Of a DNA stretch of 64,000 bases, positions 22,560 through 35,990 are shown one piece after another (position 1 is the stretch's first letter; each line of letters starts with the position of its first letter). The translations under genes and the position numbers were made by a program. The notes beneath the pieces are model-generated. The model had not been told where the DNA came from and made no database searches. It saw only the letters and a program-made list of their open reading frames with translations. Source of the DNA: Macrostomum lignano (lineage: Eukaryota); contig NIVC01000642.1 in NCBI GenBank assembly GCA_002269645.1, positions 124,001 to 188,000 on the forward strand. The letters are read 5' to 3'.

Positions 22560-25500
22560 ATGCTGTTATTGCTATTGATAAGCACTTCGCTATTGGCAGC
22601 ATCGCCTGTCAGAGCTGTTTGCCATATTTGGCAGGACATTGTCAGCTATAGTTTGACCAAATCGCAGACAACTAGAGGCGGCATTTGTCACACTGACAAG
22701 CTGTTTCAACAGACTGGCCAGCTGATGACGATTGCCATCACCTTGTACAGGTCTGACGAAATGTCGCTTTCTTATCGAAACAGTTTGCTGCACTTCAATG
22801 CCACTGGTGAGGATTCTTTTTGCTTTTGAATGTTAAATTGAGTGCGTGTCTTTTCACGAAGCCAATATCTAATTGTTTAATTGGTCTCAACCCTTAGACT
22901 CTCATCCCTCGCTAAGGAGTCTCAACCCTTAGACTCTCATCCGTCGCTAAGGAGTCTCAACCCTAAGGCTCTCACCCTTCGCTAAGGAGTCTTAGCCCTA
23001 GGATTCTCGCCCCTCTCCAAGGAGTCTCAACCCTAAGACTCTCACGCTTCGCTAAGGAGTCTCAACCCTTAGACTCTCATCCATCGCTAGGGAGTCTCAA
23101 CCCTAAGGCTCTCACCCTTCGCTAAGGAGTCTCAGCCCTAAGATTCTCGCCCGTCTCCAAGGAGTCTCAACCCTAAGACTCTCATCCCTCGCTAAGGAGT
23201 CTCAACCCTAAGACTCTCACGCTTCGCTAGGGAGTCTCAACCCTAAGGCTCTCACCCTTCGCTAGGAGTCTCAACCCTAAGACTCTCACCCCTCTCAAAA
23301 TCTCACTCTAACCTCAGTTTTTATCTATTTCTATGTTAAATGTTTAATCTCTTTTAAACTGCTCTTTTCGTGCTTGCATTGCTTTAATTGTTAAGTAACG
23401 GTTTGAAACCGTTTTAAAACGCCTCTATTGTCTATTTATGCATGCCTGAGGCTGCTAATTTAACAATAAGCTTTTGTTTAGCCACTGTTTTTGAGAGGGC
23501 TTGTTTAATTGTATATTAAACTCGTTCTCGTCGATTTTTTTACTGTTCTTCAATCGTTGTTTGCGTGTCTCACGCAGTTCCAAGGCCTGCTTCAATAATT
23601 TATTTCTAGCTGGTTGAGGGCTTAGCTAAGCAGGTAGGAGATGAAAGAGAGAGAGAGAGAGAGAGGGCAATCCGTGCATTTTATTTCAGGTGCATTGCGA
23701 GATACAAAAATTGTCAAATGTAAACCCGGTGCATTCTGGCTTGCCGGCTTTGCTCTGTGAAAAGAAAGCGCTGGGGGGGCGTTAGCTGTCACGGGTTTGT
23801 TCTCCGGGCAGCCCCGGTCCAGGAGAACTAATAATGATGCGATATAACTTGTCTGCATTCACAAATCTTAGATGAAAATATCAATATTTATATTTAGAAA
23901 TAAATTTTCTATATCTCCCGGAGCTACGAAAATTTTATTTTGGTTTAAAATGTGAGCAAAGTTTGTACAAAAAAAATAGTGTAAACAAAAATGACGTTGA
24001 AAAACGGGTAAGAGTTGTTAGTCCGGAGCTCTGGCTCTAGACCGCCTTGACCGGAGCTGACCTCGTCTTTCTGTTTGCTTTTCTTTTTAGTTCAGGTTGT
24101 CAGTTCACTGCTTGTAAGATAAGCGTTTTTTGGTCGCCGCTATTTCTAAATACGCTCGTAGCTCTTCAGCTCTTGTTTTGTTTCAGGCGCGTGTAGGTTT
24201 TGTAGTTAAACGAGTTCGGGGTCATAAAAACTTTGCAATGGTTATAAATTTAGCGGCATACTATGAGTAAGAGCCAAACTATGAGCTATTGACTTATGCA
24301 GGTCGGCTCAAAGGGTAAACGTATCTGACTCTTGTATCGGAGTCGAGACTGGATCTCGGGACAATTCGGGACTGGATCTCGGGACAATCTGGACTGGATC
24401 TCGGGACAATCTGGACTGGATCTCGGGACAATCTGGACTGGATCTCGGGACAATTCGGGACTGGATCTCGGGACAATTCGGGACTGGATCTCGGGACAAT
24501 CTGGACTGGATCTCGGGACAATTCGGGACTGGATCTCGGGACAATTCGGAACTGAATCTCGGGACAATCTGGACTGAATCTCGGGACAATCTGGACTGGA
24601 TCTCGGGACAATTCGGGACTGAATCTCGGGACAATTCGGGACTGAATCTCGGGACAATCTGGACTGGATCTTGGGACAAGTCGGGACTGAATCTCGGGAC
24701 AATCTGGACTGGATCTTGGGACAAGTCGGGACTGGATCTCGGGACAATTCGGGACTGGATCTCGGGACAATCTGGACTGGATCTCGGGACAATTCGGGAC
24801 TGGATCTCGGGACAATTCGGAACTGAATCTCGGGACAATCTGGACTGAATCTCGGGACAATCTGGACTGGATCTCGGGACAATTCGGGACTGAATCTCGG
24901 GACAATTCGGGACTGAATCTCGGGACAATCTGGACTGGATCTTGGGACAAGTCGGGACTGAATCTCGGGACAATCTGGACTGGATCTTGGGACAAGTCGG
25001 GACTGAATCTCGGGACAATCTGGACTGAATCTCGGGACAATCTGGACTGGATCTCGGGACAATTCGGGACTGAATCTCGGGACAATTCGGGACTGAATCT
25101 CGGGACAATCTGGACTGGATCTTGGGACAAGTCGGGACTGAATCTCGGGACAATCTGGACTGGATCTTGGGACAAGTCGGGACTGAATCTCGGGACAATC
25201 TGGACTGGATCTTGGGACAAGTCGGGACTGAATCTCGGGACAATCTGGACTGGATCTTGGGACAAGTCGGGACTGAATCTCGGGACAATCTGGACTGAAT
25301 CTTGGGACAAGTCGGGACTGAATCTCTAGACAATCTGGACTGAATCTCGGGACAATTCGGGACCGAATCTCGGGACAATCTGGACTGAATCTCGGGACAA
25401 TCTGGACTGGATCTTGGGACAAGTCGGGACTGGATCTCGGGACAATTCAGGACTGGCCAGGAATGTTTCATTCAGCTCAGCTGATAATATAACCAAGTCA

Positions 25501-28500
25501 TTTTTGCTTGGCAACTCATCCAGTATTCGGACCGGTTGAATATTCCTCTGGGATTTCGAGAGTGCGTAGGCCCGTAGGGGGAAGGGTTTCATAACTAGCA
25601 ATTTTCCCGTATTTAGCTTATATTCGCTCCTTACTGGGCGCTCTTTTGGCCTTTGGTAGAATCTGGCGATCTAAAGGGTGGAGATCCTCCTTCAGCTCCT
25701 CCCTGTGTGCGCGCCTGTACTGGTGGTGAACGAACGACCTTGGCCTTCCCGCCACCCCCTCCTCCCTCTCCTGAACCGCTAAGCTTATTAGAGAGAAAGG
25801 GGAGGAGAGAGCGAGTCACATGACTGGATTTCCTATTTACAACCCCTCCTATCTCTGTTTTTCTTCTCTCTCCTCTTCTCTCCCCCACTCCCCATTGCCC
25901 TTGGCCTGTACTAGTTAGTGCGCCTGCACTGATAAGTGAGTGCCCTCCTGGACCGCGTGACACTACCCGGGCGCTGAATCCCGTTTCATCGCATCCCATT
26001 CTATGCCATCCCACGCAAAATTTCTTTTTTTTTTTGCTTAGCATTTCCGCTTTCTAGTGTAGTGCAATTTGCTTTTTTTCTTAGTTACTTTTTGCTTAGG
26101 CCATGGGGTCGGCAAGCTCTGTCCGCGGACCACATGCGGCCCTCAAAGCCTCTCTATTCGGTCCTCGGGCCTTTAAAACTTCACAATAGCAATGTGACCC
26201 GCTTAAGGTTTGTGTCTCTTCTCAGCTGTCCCCTCTTCTCCCCTCTCATCCCTCGCCTCTCTTCTCTTCTCTCTTTCCTCTCTTCTCTCCTCTCTTCCGT
26301 CTCCCCTCTTCTCTCTCATCCCTCCCCTCTCTTCTCCTCTTCTCTCTTCTCCTCTCCCCTCTTCTCTCTCCCCTCTCCCCTCTCCCCTCTCCTCTCTTCT
26401 CTCTCGTCTGCTCCCTCCCCTCCCATCTCTTCTCTTCTCTCTTTCCTCTCTTCTCTCCTCTCTTCCGTCTCCCCTCTTCTCTCTCATCCCTCCCCTCTCT
26501 TCTCCTCTTCTCTCTTCTCCTCTCCCCTCTTCTCTCTCCCCTCTCCCCTCTCCCCTCTCCCCTCTCCTCTCTTCTCTCTCGTCTGCTCCCTCCCCTCCCA
26601 TCTCTTCTCTCATCTCTCCGTTTTCTCTCTTCTCATCCCTCTCGTCTTTTTCTTCCTCACTTCTCTCATCTTTCTACTTCTCTCTCCTCTATTCCCTCTC
26701 CTTTCCACTCTCACCTGACCATGATCTTAGGCTTAGGCTCCAAAATATACACAAAAAACTAAAAAAAAAACATTTCGCTTCAAGGTTCACTTCCAATTCA
26801 GTCTGCAGGCATTTTTATGCTTTTTTAGCTCTTAATTTGGCAATGTTTTCATCTTTTTGGCTTCTCGATTTTGGCTTTTAGATTCAAGCACGATCAAGTG
26901 CGCATACCAGCTTGATATGCATATTGGTTGTCTCATATAAATAAGACAGTGTTCTTCTACTGTTGATTTTGTAAAAGTATGTCGCTAATGTTTTTTTGAA
27001 GCGATTTTGGGCCATTCAATTAATTTGTATAGAATGTGGTAAATTTGGTATCGGTAGGAGTAGAGTGTGGTAAATTTGGTATCGGTAGGAGTAGAGTGTG
27101 GTAAATTTGGGATCAGTAGGAGTAGAGTGTGGTAAATTTCGGATCGGTAGGAGTAGTGTGGTAAATTTGGGATCAGTAGGAGTAGAGTGTGGTGAATTTG
27201 GGATCAGTAGGAGTAGAGTGTGGTGAATTTGGGATCGGTAGGAGTAGAGTGTGGTAAATTTGGGATCGGTAGGAGTAGAGTGTGGTAAATTTGGGATCGG
27301 TAGGAGTAGTGTGGTAAATTTGGGATCAGTAGGAGTAGAGTGTGGTGAATTTGGGATCAGTAGGAGTAGAGTGTGGTGAATTTGGGATCGGTAGGAGTAG
27401 AGTGTGGTAAATTTGGGATCAGTAGGAGTAGAGTGTGGTGAATTTGGGATCAGTAGGAGTAGAGTGTGGTGAATTTGGGATCGGTAGGAGTAGAGTGTGG
27501 TAAATTTGGTATCGGTAGGAGTAGAGTGTGGTAAATTTGGTATCGGTAGGAGTAGAGTGTGGTAAATTTGGTATCTGTAGGAGTAGAGTGTGGTAAATTT
27601 GGGATCGGTAGGAGTAGTGTGGTAAATTTGGGATCAGTAGGAGTAGAGTGTGGTGAATTTGGGATCAGTAGGAGTAGAGTGTGGTGAATTTGGGATCGGT
27701 AGGAGTAGAGTGTGGTAAATTTGGGATCGGTAGGAGTAGAGTGTGGTAAATTTGGGATCAGGTGTGGGATCTCTGCAGTTAGTACTTGTTTTGTTAAAGG
27801 ATCAGTGGGTACATTGAGTTGGTGTGCAAGCGGCATTTAATGGCTACATATTGCTGCCCCTTATCGCCTCTCCGCCTCAGGCTTCGCCGACTTCCGCGGC
27901 GACAAGCTGATCTTAGTGATTGCCAGCAACGCCGCCAAGCGCCGTATCGAACTGCGCATCGAAGATCCGGCCGCGTTGCGAGTGCCGTTGGAAATTTTCC
28001 ACAACCTGCACCAGCCAGACGGCCTGAGCATCGGCAGCCCCCTGCCGCCAGGCCAGCAACTGACGGTGAATCGCTTCAGCCGTAGCATAGCCGGGCTGAA
28101 TGACATCCTGAGCGAGATGGGCCGGCTTAGACCTGCTGCCTACGTCGGCGCCATCCTGGTGATCCCATATACCAATGCCGTTCCCGAGGCCAGGTTTAGC
28201 CGCGTTGCCGGCCGCTATCCCAGCCCGCCGCATGTTGACTCCGAGGCGGCCTGTCAGAGCCGCTCTAACTACAAGATGCTGCAGCCGTTGTTGCGGCATT
28301 TTGCCCAGGTTGCCAGACAGCCAGTCCCTGTGCAACTGTTCGACACTCGCAGCCAGATGGCCCAGCCGTTCTGCCGCCTCCAGCCCGATGCTACTATTAT
28401 TGCTCTGCATTTTATCAATGGCGAACCGTTGGTTGCTATGGCAACTATTATTGTCAGCTTGATTGGCAGCGAGTCCACTTTAGTCCTGCTGGCCGATTGG

Positions 28501-31500
28501 GGCGCCGCCTGTCCGCGCCGATTGCGACTGCGCGCCGATAATTCTCTGTTGGCGCCCAGCACCGCCGCTGGTCCCAATGCCAGTCTGACCGTACGGCACA
28601 ACTGCGCTGATGACACCGAGATCTGGGCCGAGTCCAACCTGCTAGACTCTGTCGGTGACCGAGTTCGAATCGAGTCGGTGCCCGAGCTGAGTCTGGCTAG
28701 TATTCGTTCGACTGGCCGGCTGCTGCGACATTTTATGATTCAATCGGGGCGTTTCAGGAATAGCGATGTGAGTAACGTTTAGCTGTGGGGCAGCAACTCG
28801 TTGCTGTTTTAGATTTTTTAGAAATGTTGGATGTTTTAGATTAGATGTTTAGGCTTCAAACTGAATCTTACCACCCCTTACTGAAATCTCACCACCCCTT
28901 ACTGAAATCTCACCACCCCTTACTGAAATCTCACCACCCCTTACTGAAATCTCACCACCCCTTACTGAAATCTCACCACCCCTTACTGAAATCTCACCAC
29001 CCCTTACTGGAATCTCACCATCCCACAGTGGAATCTCACCACCCCTAACTGGAATCTCACCATCCTACAGTGGAATCTCAACACCCCTTACTGGAATCTC
29101 GCCACCCCTTACTCGAATCTCACCATCCCACAGTGAAATCTCACCACCCTTACTGGAATCTCACCATCCCACAGTGGAATCTCAACACCCCTTACTCGAA
29201 TCTCACCACTCCTTCCTTGAATCTCATACCGTTTACTGGAATCTCGCCACTCCTGACTGGAATCTCATTATACCACTAGAATCTCAATATCCAACTGGAA
29301 TCTCATTATACCCACTAGAATCTCACTATCCAACTGGAATCGCCCTATCCAAACTGGAATCTCACTATGCCTACGGGAATCTCACTATCCAACTGGAATC
29401 TCACTATGCCTAGGGGAATCTCACTATCCAACTGGAATCTCACTATGCCTACGAAAATCTCACTATCCAACTGGAATCTCACTATCCAACTGGAATCTCA
29501 CTATCCAACTGGAATCTCACTATGCCTAGGGGAATCTCACTATCCAACTGGAATCTCACTATCCAACTGGAATCTCACTATCCAACTGGAATCTCACTAT
29601 CCAACTGGAATCTCACTATGCCTAGGGGAATCTCACTATCCAACTGGAATCTCACTATCCAACTGGAATCTCACTATCCAACTGGAATCTCACTATCCAA
29701 CTGGAATCTCACTATCCAACTGGAATCTCACTATCCAACTGGAATCTCACTATCCAACTGGAATCTCACTATCCAACCGGAATCTCACTATCCAACTGTA
29801 ATCTCACTATCCAACTGGAATCTCACTATCCAACTGGAATCTCACTATCCAACTGGAATCTCACTATCCAACTGGAATCTCACTATCCAACTGGAATCTC
29901 ACTATCTAACTGGAATCTCACTATCCAACTGGAATCTCACTATCCAATTGGAATCTCACTATCTAACTCGAATCTCACTATCTAACTGGAATCTCACTAT
30001 CCAACCAGAATCTCACTATCCAACTGGAATCTCACTATCCAACTGGAATCTCACTATCTAACTGGAATCTCACTATCCAACTGGAATCTCACTATCCAAT
30101 TGGAATCTCACTATCTAACTGGAATCTCACTATCCAACTGGAATCTCACTATCCAACTGGAATCTCACTATCCAACTGGAATCTCACTATCTAACTGGAA
30201 TCTCACTATCCAACTGGAATCTCACTATCCAATTGGAATCTCACTATCTAACTCGAATCTCACTATCTAACTGGAATCTCACTATCCAACCAGAATCTCA
30301 CTATCCAACTGTAATCTCACTATCCAACCAGAATCTCACTATCCAACTGTAATCTCACTATCCAACTGGAATCTCACTATCCAACTGGAATCTCACTATC
30401 TAACTGGAATCTCACTATCCAACTGGAATCTCACTATCCAACTGGAATCTCACTATCCAACTCGAATCTCACTATCCAACTGGAATCTCACTATCCAACT
30501 GGAATCTCACTATCCAACTCGAATCTCACTATCCAACTCGAATCTCACTATCCAACTGGAATCTCACTATCCAACTGGAATCTCACTATCCAACTCGAAT
30601 CTCACTATCCAACTGGAATCTCACTATCCAACTGGAATCTCACTATCCAACTCGAATCTCACTATCCAACTGGAATCTCACTATCCAACTCGAATCTCAC
30701 TATCCAACTGGAATCTCACTATCCAACTTGAATCTCACTATCCAACTGGAATCTCACTATCCAACTGGAATCTCACTATCCAACTCGAATCTCACTATCC
30801 AACTGGAATCTCACTATCCAACTGGAATCTCACTATCCAACTGGAATCTCACTATCCAACTCGAATCTCACTATCCAACTGGAATCTCACTATCCAACTT
30901 GAATCTCACTATCCAACTGGAATCTCACTATCCAACTGGAATCTCACTATCCAACTGGAATCTCACTATCCAACTTGAATCTCACTATCCAACTGGAATC
31001 TCACTATCCAACTTGAATCTCACTATCCAACTGGAATCTCACTATCCAACTTGAATCTCACTATGCCTAAGGGAATCTCGCCACCCCTAACTACATGTAA
31101 AGTAAGTCTCACCGTCGCAGCCCCCGCGCCCCACTTACACAACAGAGCGAGATCACTTTCGACGTGCAATTCAACCAGTGGGTCTTCAGGCCGATGGCCG
31201 CCCTGCAGACCAAGCGAATAGTCAGCGGCTTCACTGCGGACTCGGCCCTTGTGCACCTGGATAAATCCGTGCTGAACAACTGCACGCACGGGCTGACCAA
31301 CCTGTCCATCGGTGACTGTCCGCTAATTGACAACGGCACGCATCTCCACCGGCTGCTGCCCACAGTGGGGCTGCTCAGCGCCTGTCGGATGAGGCGTAGC
31401 GGCAACCACATGCTTGCCACTCTGTCAGCCAGCGTCCAGCTGCCCAGCAATGCCGGGCAATTCCTCATCTCGCTGCCATTCTCCTGGACTCTGCCAGCCG

Positions 31501-33126
31501 GGATTAGCGCTAATCTGCCCCTGACTGAGCAAACTCGTGACAGTCGCGCTTCGCCAACATCGGCCAGTTCCGCGGCCAGCGCTGCGCTGGACAAATTTCC
31601 ATTCCGGCTGACTGTCAGCCAGCTGCTGTTGGATGGCCACTCCAGAGCGATTGAACTGCAATCAACAAGATTGGAATATTTGTATAGCGGCGAGCTCATC
31701 CATTGCGAGCTGATTGTCCGGGGCTGCGGACAGCCGGTTCCGCTCGTGTCCGATGGTTGCACCAGGAGCGGCGCCCTCTGGCTCGGCCCGGGCGTCGCCG
31801 TGCCGCTGCTCCGACTGCCGTCCTCGCTGCCATCCAGGGTCTGCAGCGGCAGCGGCACCCGGATGGCCGTCGTCGCCTGCCGACTGGCCGTCTGCCGACT
31901 GGCCGAGCCTGAGCTAGCTGGCTTGACATCCGACGAGGCCGTTGCTATGGGAATGCGGCGCTGTCGGCCGCAGGGCGAGGCTTGCGGCGAGGCTGCTGGA
32001 CGAATTGCTGCTCGGAATCAAAGTCGCTTGGTTTTGGTGAGGGTCATACGCTAATTCTCCAACTCTCCTGACACATCGCCATTCTCAAATCCCATCCGCT
32101 TAGCATCGCCATTGAATGAGATCTCACCCTCTTGGCACTGTCAGTCGATGAGATCTCACCCTCTTGACATAGTCGATGAGATCTCACCCTCTTGACATAG
32201 TCAACGAGATCTCACCCTCTTGAGATGGGCAATGAGATCTATCACCCTCCTGACACTGTCAGTCAATGAGATATGACCCTCTTGACACTGTCAGTCGATG
32301 AGATCTCACCCTTTCGACACTGTCAGTCGATGAGATCTCACCCTTTCGACACTGTCAGTCGATGAGATCTCACCCTTTCGACACTGTCAGTCGATGAGAT
32401 CTCACCCTTTCGACACTGTCAGTCGATGAGATCTCACCCTTTTGACACTGTACGAACACCTAAACACGTACCAACTGTTACAATCATAAATGATCAGTTA
32501 TAATCCTACAGTCTGATTTCCACCGCCATCAGAGCCGCAATCTGCCGCTGCTGTCACTGGAAACCGAGGCCCTGCCGTTGAGCACATTGTTTGCCGGTGC
32601 CAATGCGTCAGTTGTTAACCATGCCAATAAGCACCAAGCCGCCACCGACGCGCCTCCGGCAGTTGCTGCCGAAGTTATTTCATCAACCCATGCCACAATG
32701 CTGGCAGCGTCGATGACTGCGGCTCAGCCTACTGCGGAGCCCCGACCGGGCACTGAGACCCCGCGGCTTAGCCAGAGTGCCGCGGCTAAACCGGACAGAC
32801 CAGCCTACCAACTGTGGTCGCATCTGCTAGCAGCCGTATTGGCTTTCATTGTAGGCATTGGCACCATGGCGTCGCTCTGGGCTATTGTACATCGCCTGCG
32901 TTGGCAGCGTCGTCGGCATCGGCGACAGCTTCGCGAGTGTCGCTGCAGCAGCAGCAGCAACAGCGGCGGCGGCGGAGGCGGCGGCTGCGCTGTTGCCAAA
33001 TCTTCAGCTGATCCTCTGCTCCGCTTGGGTGGCGGTGGCGGCGGCGCAGGCGGCGGAGGCCATTCCTGCGACTCCTCATCTGGCTTTGGCGACTGCGGCG
33101 GCGGCGGCGGCAGAGCGAAAGTTTAA
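22560..33126 (+). CDS. Uncharacterised type-I membrane glycoprotein (signal peptide, about 750-aa ectodomain, single TM, Gly/Ser-rich tail); 4 coding exons, 879 aa
   Basis: Exons 22560-22806 (MLLLLLISTSLLAASPVRA signal peptide; donor G|GTGAGG, phase 1), 27881-28767 (donor GTGAGT), 31146-32036 (donor GTGAGG), 32512-33126. Phases are compatible, 2640 nt in total. TM segment LWSHLLAAVLAFIVGIGTMASLWAIV is followed by basic RLRWQRRRHRR. N-glycosylation sequons NAT, NAS, NCT, NLS, NGT, NQS. I recognise no family. Confidence 0.72.
22884..23295. repeat. 35-bp minisatellite
   Basis: gtctcaaccctaagactctcacccttcgctaagga, about 12 copies. Confidence 0.92.
24344..25455. repeat. 22/23-bp minisatellite with 45-bp higher-order pattern
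   Basis: tctcgggacaat(ct/tcg)ggactg(g/a)a; the 15-aa periodicity in the ORF track equals 22+23 nt. Confidence 0.95.
26102..26170 (+). mobile_element. hAT-like terminal fragment
   Basis: catggggtcggcaa..ccgcggaccacatgcggccc resembles common hAT MITE 5' ends. A similar end lies at 54085 (cagcggtcggcaaacc). The other terminus was not found with certainty. Confidence 0.35.
26210..26715. repeat. CT-rich low-complexity tract with internal duplication
   Basis: Polypyrimidine run. Confidence 0.9.
27036..27765. repeat. 31-bp minisatellite
   Basis: gtggtaaatttgggatcggtaggagtagagt, with 29-bp variants. Confidence 0.95.
28866..31075. repeat. 21-bp grading into 19-bp minisatellite, filling an intron
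   Basis: ccttactgaaatctcaccacc changes along the array into ctggaatctcactatccaa. Confidence 0.95.
32115..32450. repeat. 32-bp minisatellite (intron 3 copy)
   Basis: gacactgtcagtcgatgagatctcaccctctt. Confidence 0.92.
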
Positions 33127-33284
33127 AACTGAGGGCTCTAGAGGGAGGGATGGCCTATCTGTGCAAGTGTAGAGCATTATTATTATTACATGATGAGGCG
33201 CTACTCTATATAATAGCGCCACCTTTTGCTCATTTGAAGATCATATGTTTGATCTATTTGATCATATCGATTAGATCTCGACAC

Positions 33285-33715
33285 TTGGCACTGTCAGTCG
33301 ATGAGATCTCACCCTCTTGACACTGTCAGTCGATGAGATCTCACTCTCTTGGCACTGTCAGTCGATGAGATCTCACTCTCTTGGCCCTGTCAGTCGATGA
33401 GATCTCACCCTCTTGACACTGTCAGTCGATGAGATCTCACTCTCTTGGCACTGTCAGTCGATGAGATCTCACTCTCTTGGCCCTGTCAGTCGATGAGATC
33501 TCACCCTCTTGACACTGTCAGTCGATGAGATCTCATCCTCTTGGCACTGTCAGTCGATGAGATCTCACTCACCCTCTTGGCACTGTCAGTCGATGAGATC
33601 TCACCTCTTAACACTGTCAGTCGATGAGATCTCACCCTCTTGACACTGTCAGTCGATGAGATCTCACCCTCTTGACACTGTCAGTCGATGAGATCTCACC
33701 CTCTTGACACTGACT
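33285..33715. repeat. 32-bp minisatellite (downstream copy, same unit)
   Basis: Same unit as 32115-32450. Confidence 0.92.
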
Positions 33716-35594
33716 CTTGATCTCGAAAGTTTAAACTGAGGGCTCTAGAGGGAGGGATGGCTTATATGTGCAAATGTAGAACATTATTATTATTACATGA
33801 TGAGGCGTTAACCTATAAAAATAGCGCACTCGCAATCTGGCGATTCCCATTCATTGTGACTACCTCTTAGGTCTGTTTAGTATTTGAATTTGTTTGTTCT
33901 TAGGCGAGTAGTAATTGTGTGCAAGTGTACAGTAGTTGTTGTGTTAGATGTGTTGTACATAACAAAGGGTGATTTTTCAACTAAACCTACCGATATGTCA
34001 GCTTCTAGTCTATCTGTCTGTCTGTCTGGCTTATGCCACGCGTTCTGTCTCCAAATCGTTATTCCAGGCTAAAAAACTGTTTCATTGCTCACTAATCAGT
34101 GCAGGTAAACCATTTTTAACGGTTAGAAATCTTTCTAATTTGAAGTTCCGATCAGGGTTTTGAACAGTAGGTTAGTGATTTTGTGAGAAATAGTGAATTG
34201 TTCTTGCTGTGCATCATTCTGTTCCATCCGATTAATTATGGAGATATTTTTATGCAAAGCAGCGGCGCGTCTTTTCCTTTTTCCCTCCAATGATTAACAG
34301 CTTCTGGATACCCCATAGGGGGCCAAACAAGTCAAAGAAATATTGAACGGCTTGGTCTCAAGGGGAGAGAAAATAACCCTAAGACAGCGGCGCGTGACTT
34401 GTCCGGCTTTCTGACTTGACCACGTTTTGTCCTCTGGGATTTAACCCCCCCCCTCCCCCTCACTTGCCGCTTTGAGGCAGTTCCGGCACTTGCTTGACTA
34501 CAAGTGATTAGGGAGTGAATGTTAAGCAAAGCTGCCGTATTGAAATAATTACAGCTTTTTTATTTGCGTAAAAATGCAATTTAAACACACTTCTGCAGGG
34601 CTCCTAAATCACTAACTGCCTCAGTATATTAATTGTACTTTAAATTTTCTTGCTTTTATTGCTTCTCTGCTTGCCTGTTATAAAGTTGTCAAATTTTAAT
34701 AGGGACTCAAACTTGACTAAGTTTTTTACGCTTCAAAAATCATATTTTTCTGTTCGAATAATTCTTTAATTATGTAAAAATCTATAAATCTTACAATTGC
34801 TTTGTTTCTTGTCTTGTAAATTTTATATTGTCTGCAACTGTGCACTACTTACTTGACTAACAGTAGTATATATTGTATGCAAACCCGGCAATTCGCCGCA
34901 GCGTAACAATCAGGGATTTATTGTTTCATTTTTTCACCTGTCGATATCGGATTTGAAAAGAGGATTGTACACCAAGCACCCGCTCCCCAAGCCGCTGTGT
35001 ATGTTTCATTCAACCCATAATTTTCCATTTCAATTTGTTTCTGTACAGGCCTGTACGCATCGTTGTCTTATATTGTCTTATAATTATGCAATTGATGTGT
35101 AGCCCGTATGTACTTTTCCCATAATAATCCTCTGCTGTTGCATAGGAATCTACCTCGGTTTTTGCCAGGCATAGCAACAAGCTGGATATCAAGTCGAGCT
35201 GAATTCCAGTGATCTATTTTTCAAATAATTATACCCCTACGCCACGTAAGGTTATGCAATTTTTCGAAGTCTACTACTTCTTTGTCAGAGTAGTAGTATG
35301 AAAGCAACACAGTTAAGAACACGTGTTTCAAACTGATTTGTGAGCAGACGATGAAAGGTTTGTTAGCCTAAGATTATGCATTCAAATTTATTGCATTACA
35401 TTACTGGGTCGGCAGAAACGACAAACCGCAAAATAAAATTTCATGTAACAAACTGACAGAATTACCAGAAAACAACGCTGACATAAGCACAAAATTGAGC
35501 ATAAAAGTAAGTTAATGTGAATTTTTTGACAACAAATTCCTAATTACACGCGAGATTTAATTGTAGAAATTCAAAAATTTTTATTCTGGCTGCA

Positions 35595-35990
35595 CGCACA
35601 GTATCTATGGGATGGTTGTTGTTTTCGGTATCAATTCGGTAGCTATTCCGTATTTATGGGCCACACCGTTGCTTTTCGGTATCTATGGGACACCGTTGCT
35701 ATTCGGTATCTATGGGACACCGTTGCTATTCGGTATCTATGGGACACCGTTGCTGTTCGGTATCTATGGCCCACACCGTTGCTTTTCGGTATCTATGGGG
35801 CACTATGCTGCTATACGGTATCTATGGAACACCGTTGCTAATGGGACACACCGTTGCTATTCGGTATCTATGGGACACTGACACACCGTTGCTATTCGGT
35901 CTCTATGGGACACCGTTGCTATTCGGTATCTATGGCACACACCGTTGCTAGCCAGTATCTAGGGGAACATGTTGCTATTCGGTATCTGTG
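35595..35990. repeat. 27-bp minisatellite
   Basis: ccgttgctattcggtatctatgggaca. Confidence 0.92.

Noticed and set aside
24286-25471. 300-390-aa ORFs in three minus frames
   Set aside because: These are translations of a stop-free 22/23-bp minisatellite. The same applies to the ORFs at 5384, 14263, 26062, 29367, 39273, 40726 and 56449.
33116-33225. Permuted hammerhead or C/D snoRNA (cgaaa ... atgatga)
   Set aside because: The core is AUGAUGA rather than CUGAUGA, and no matching stems or D box were found.
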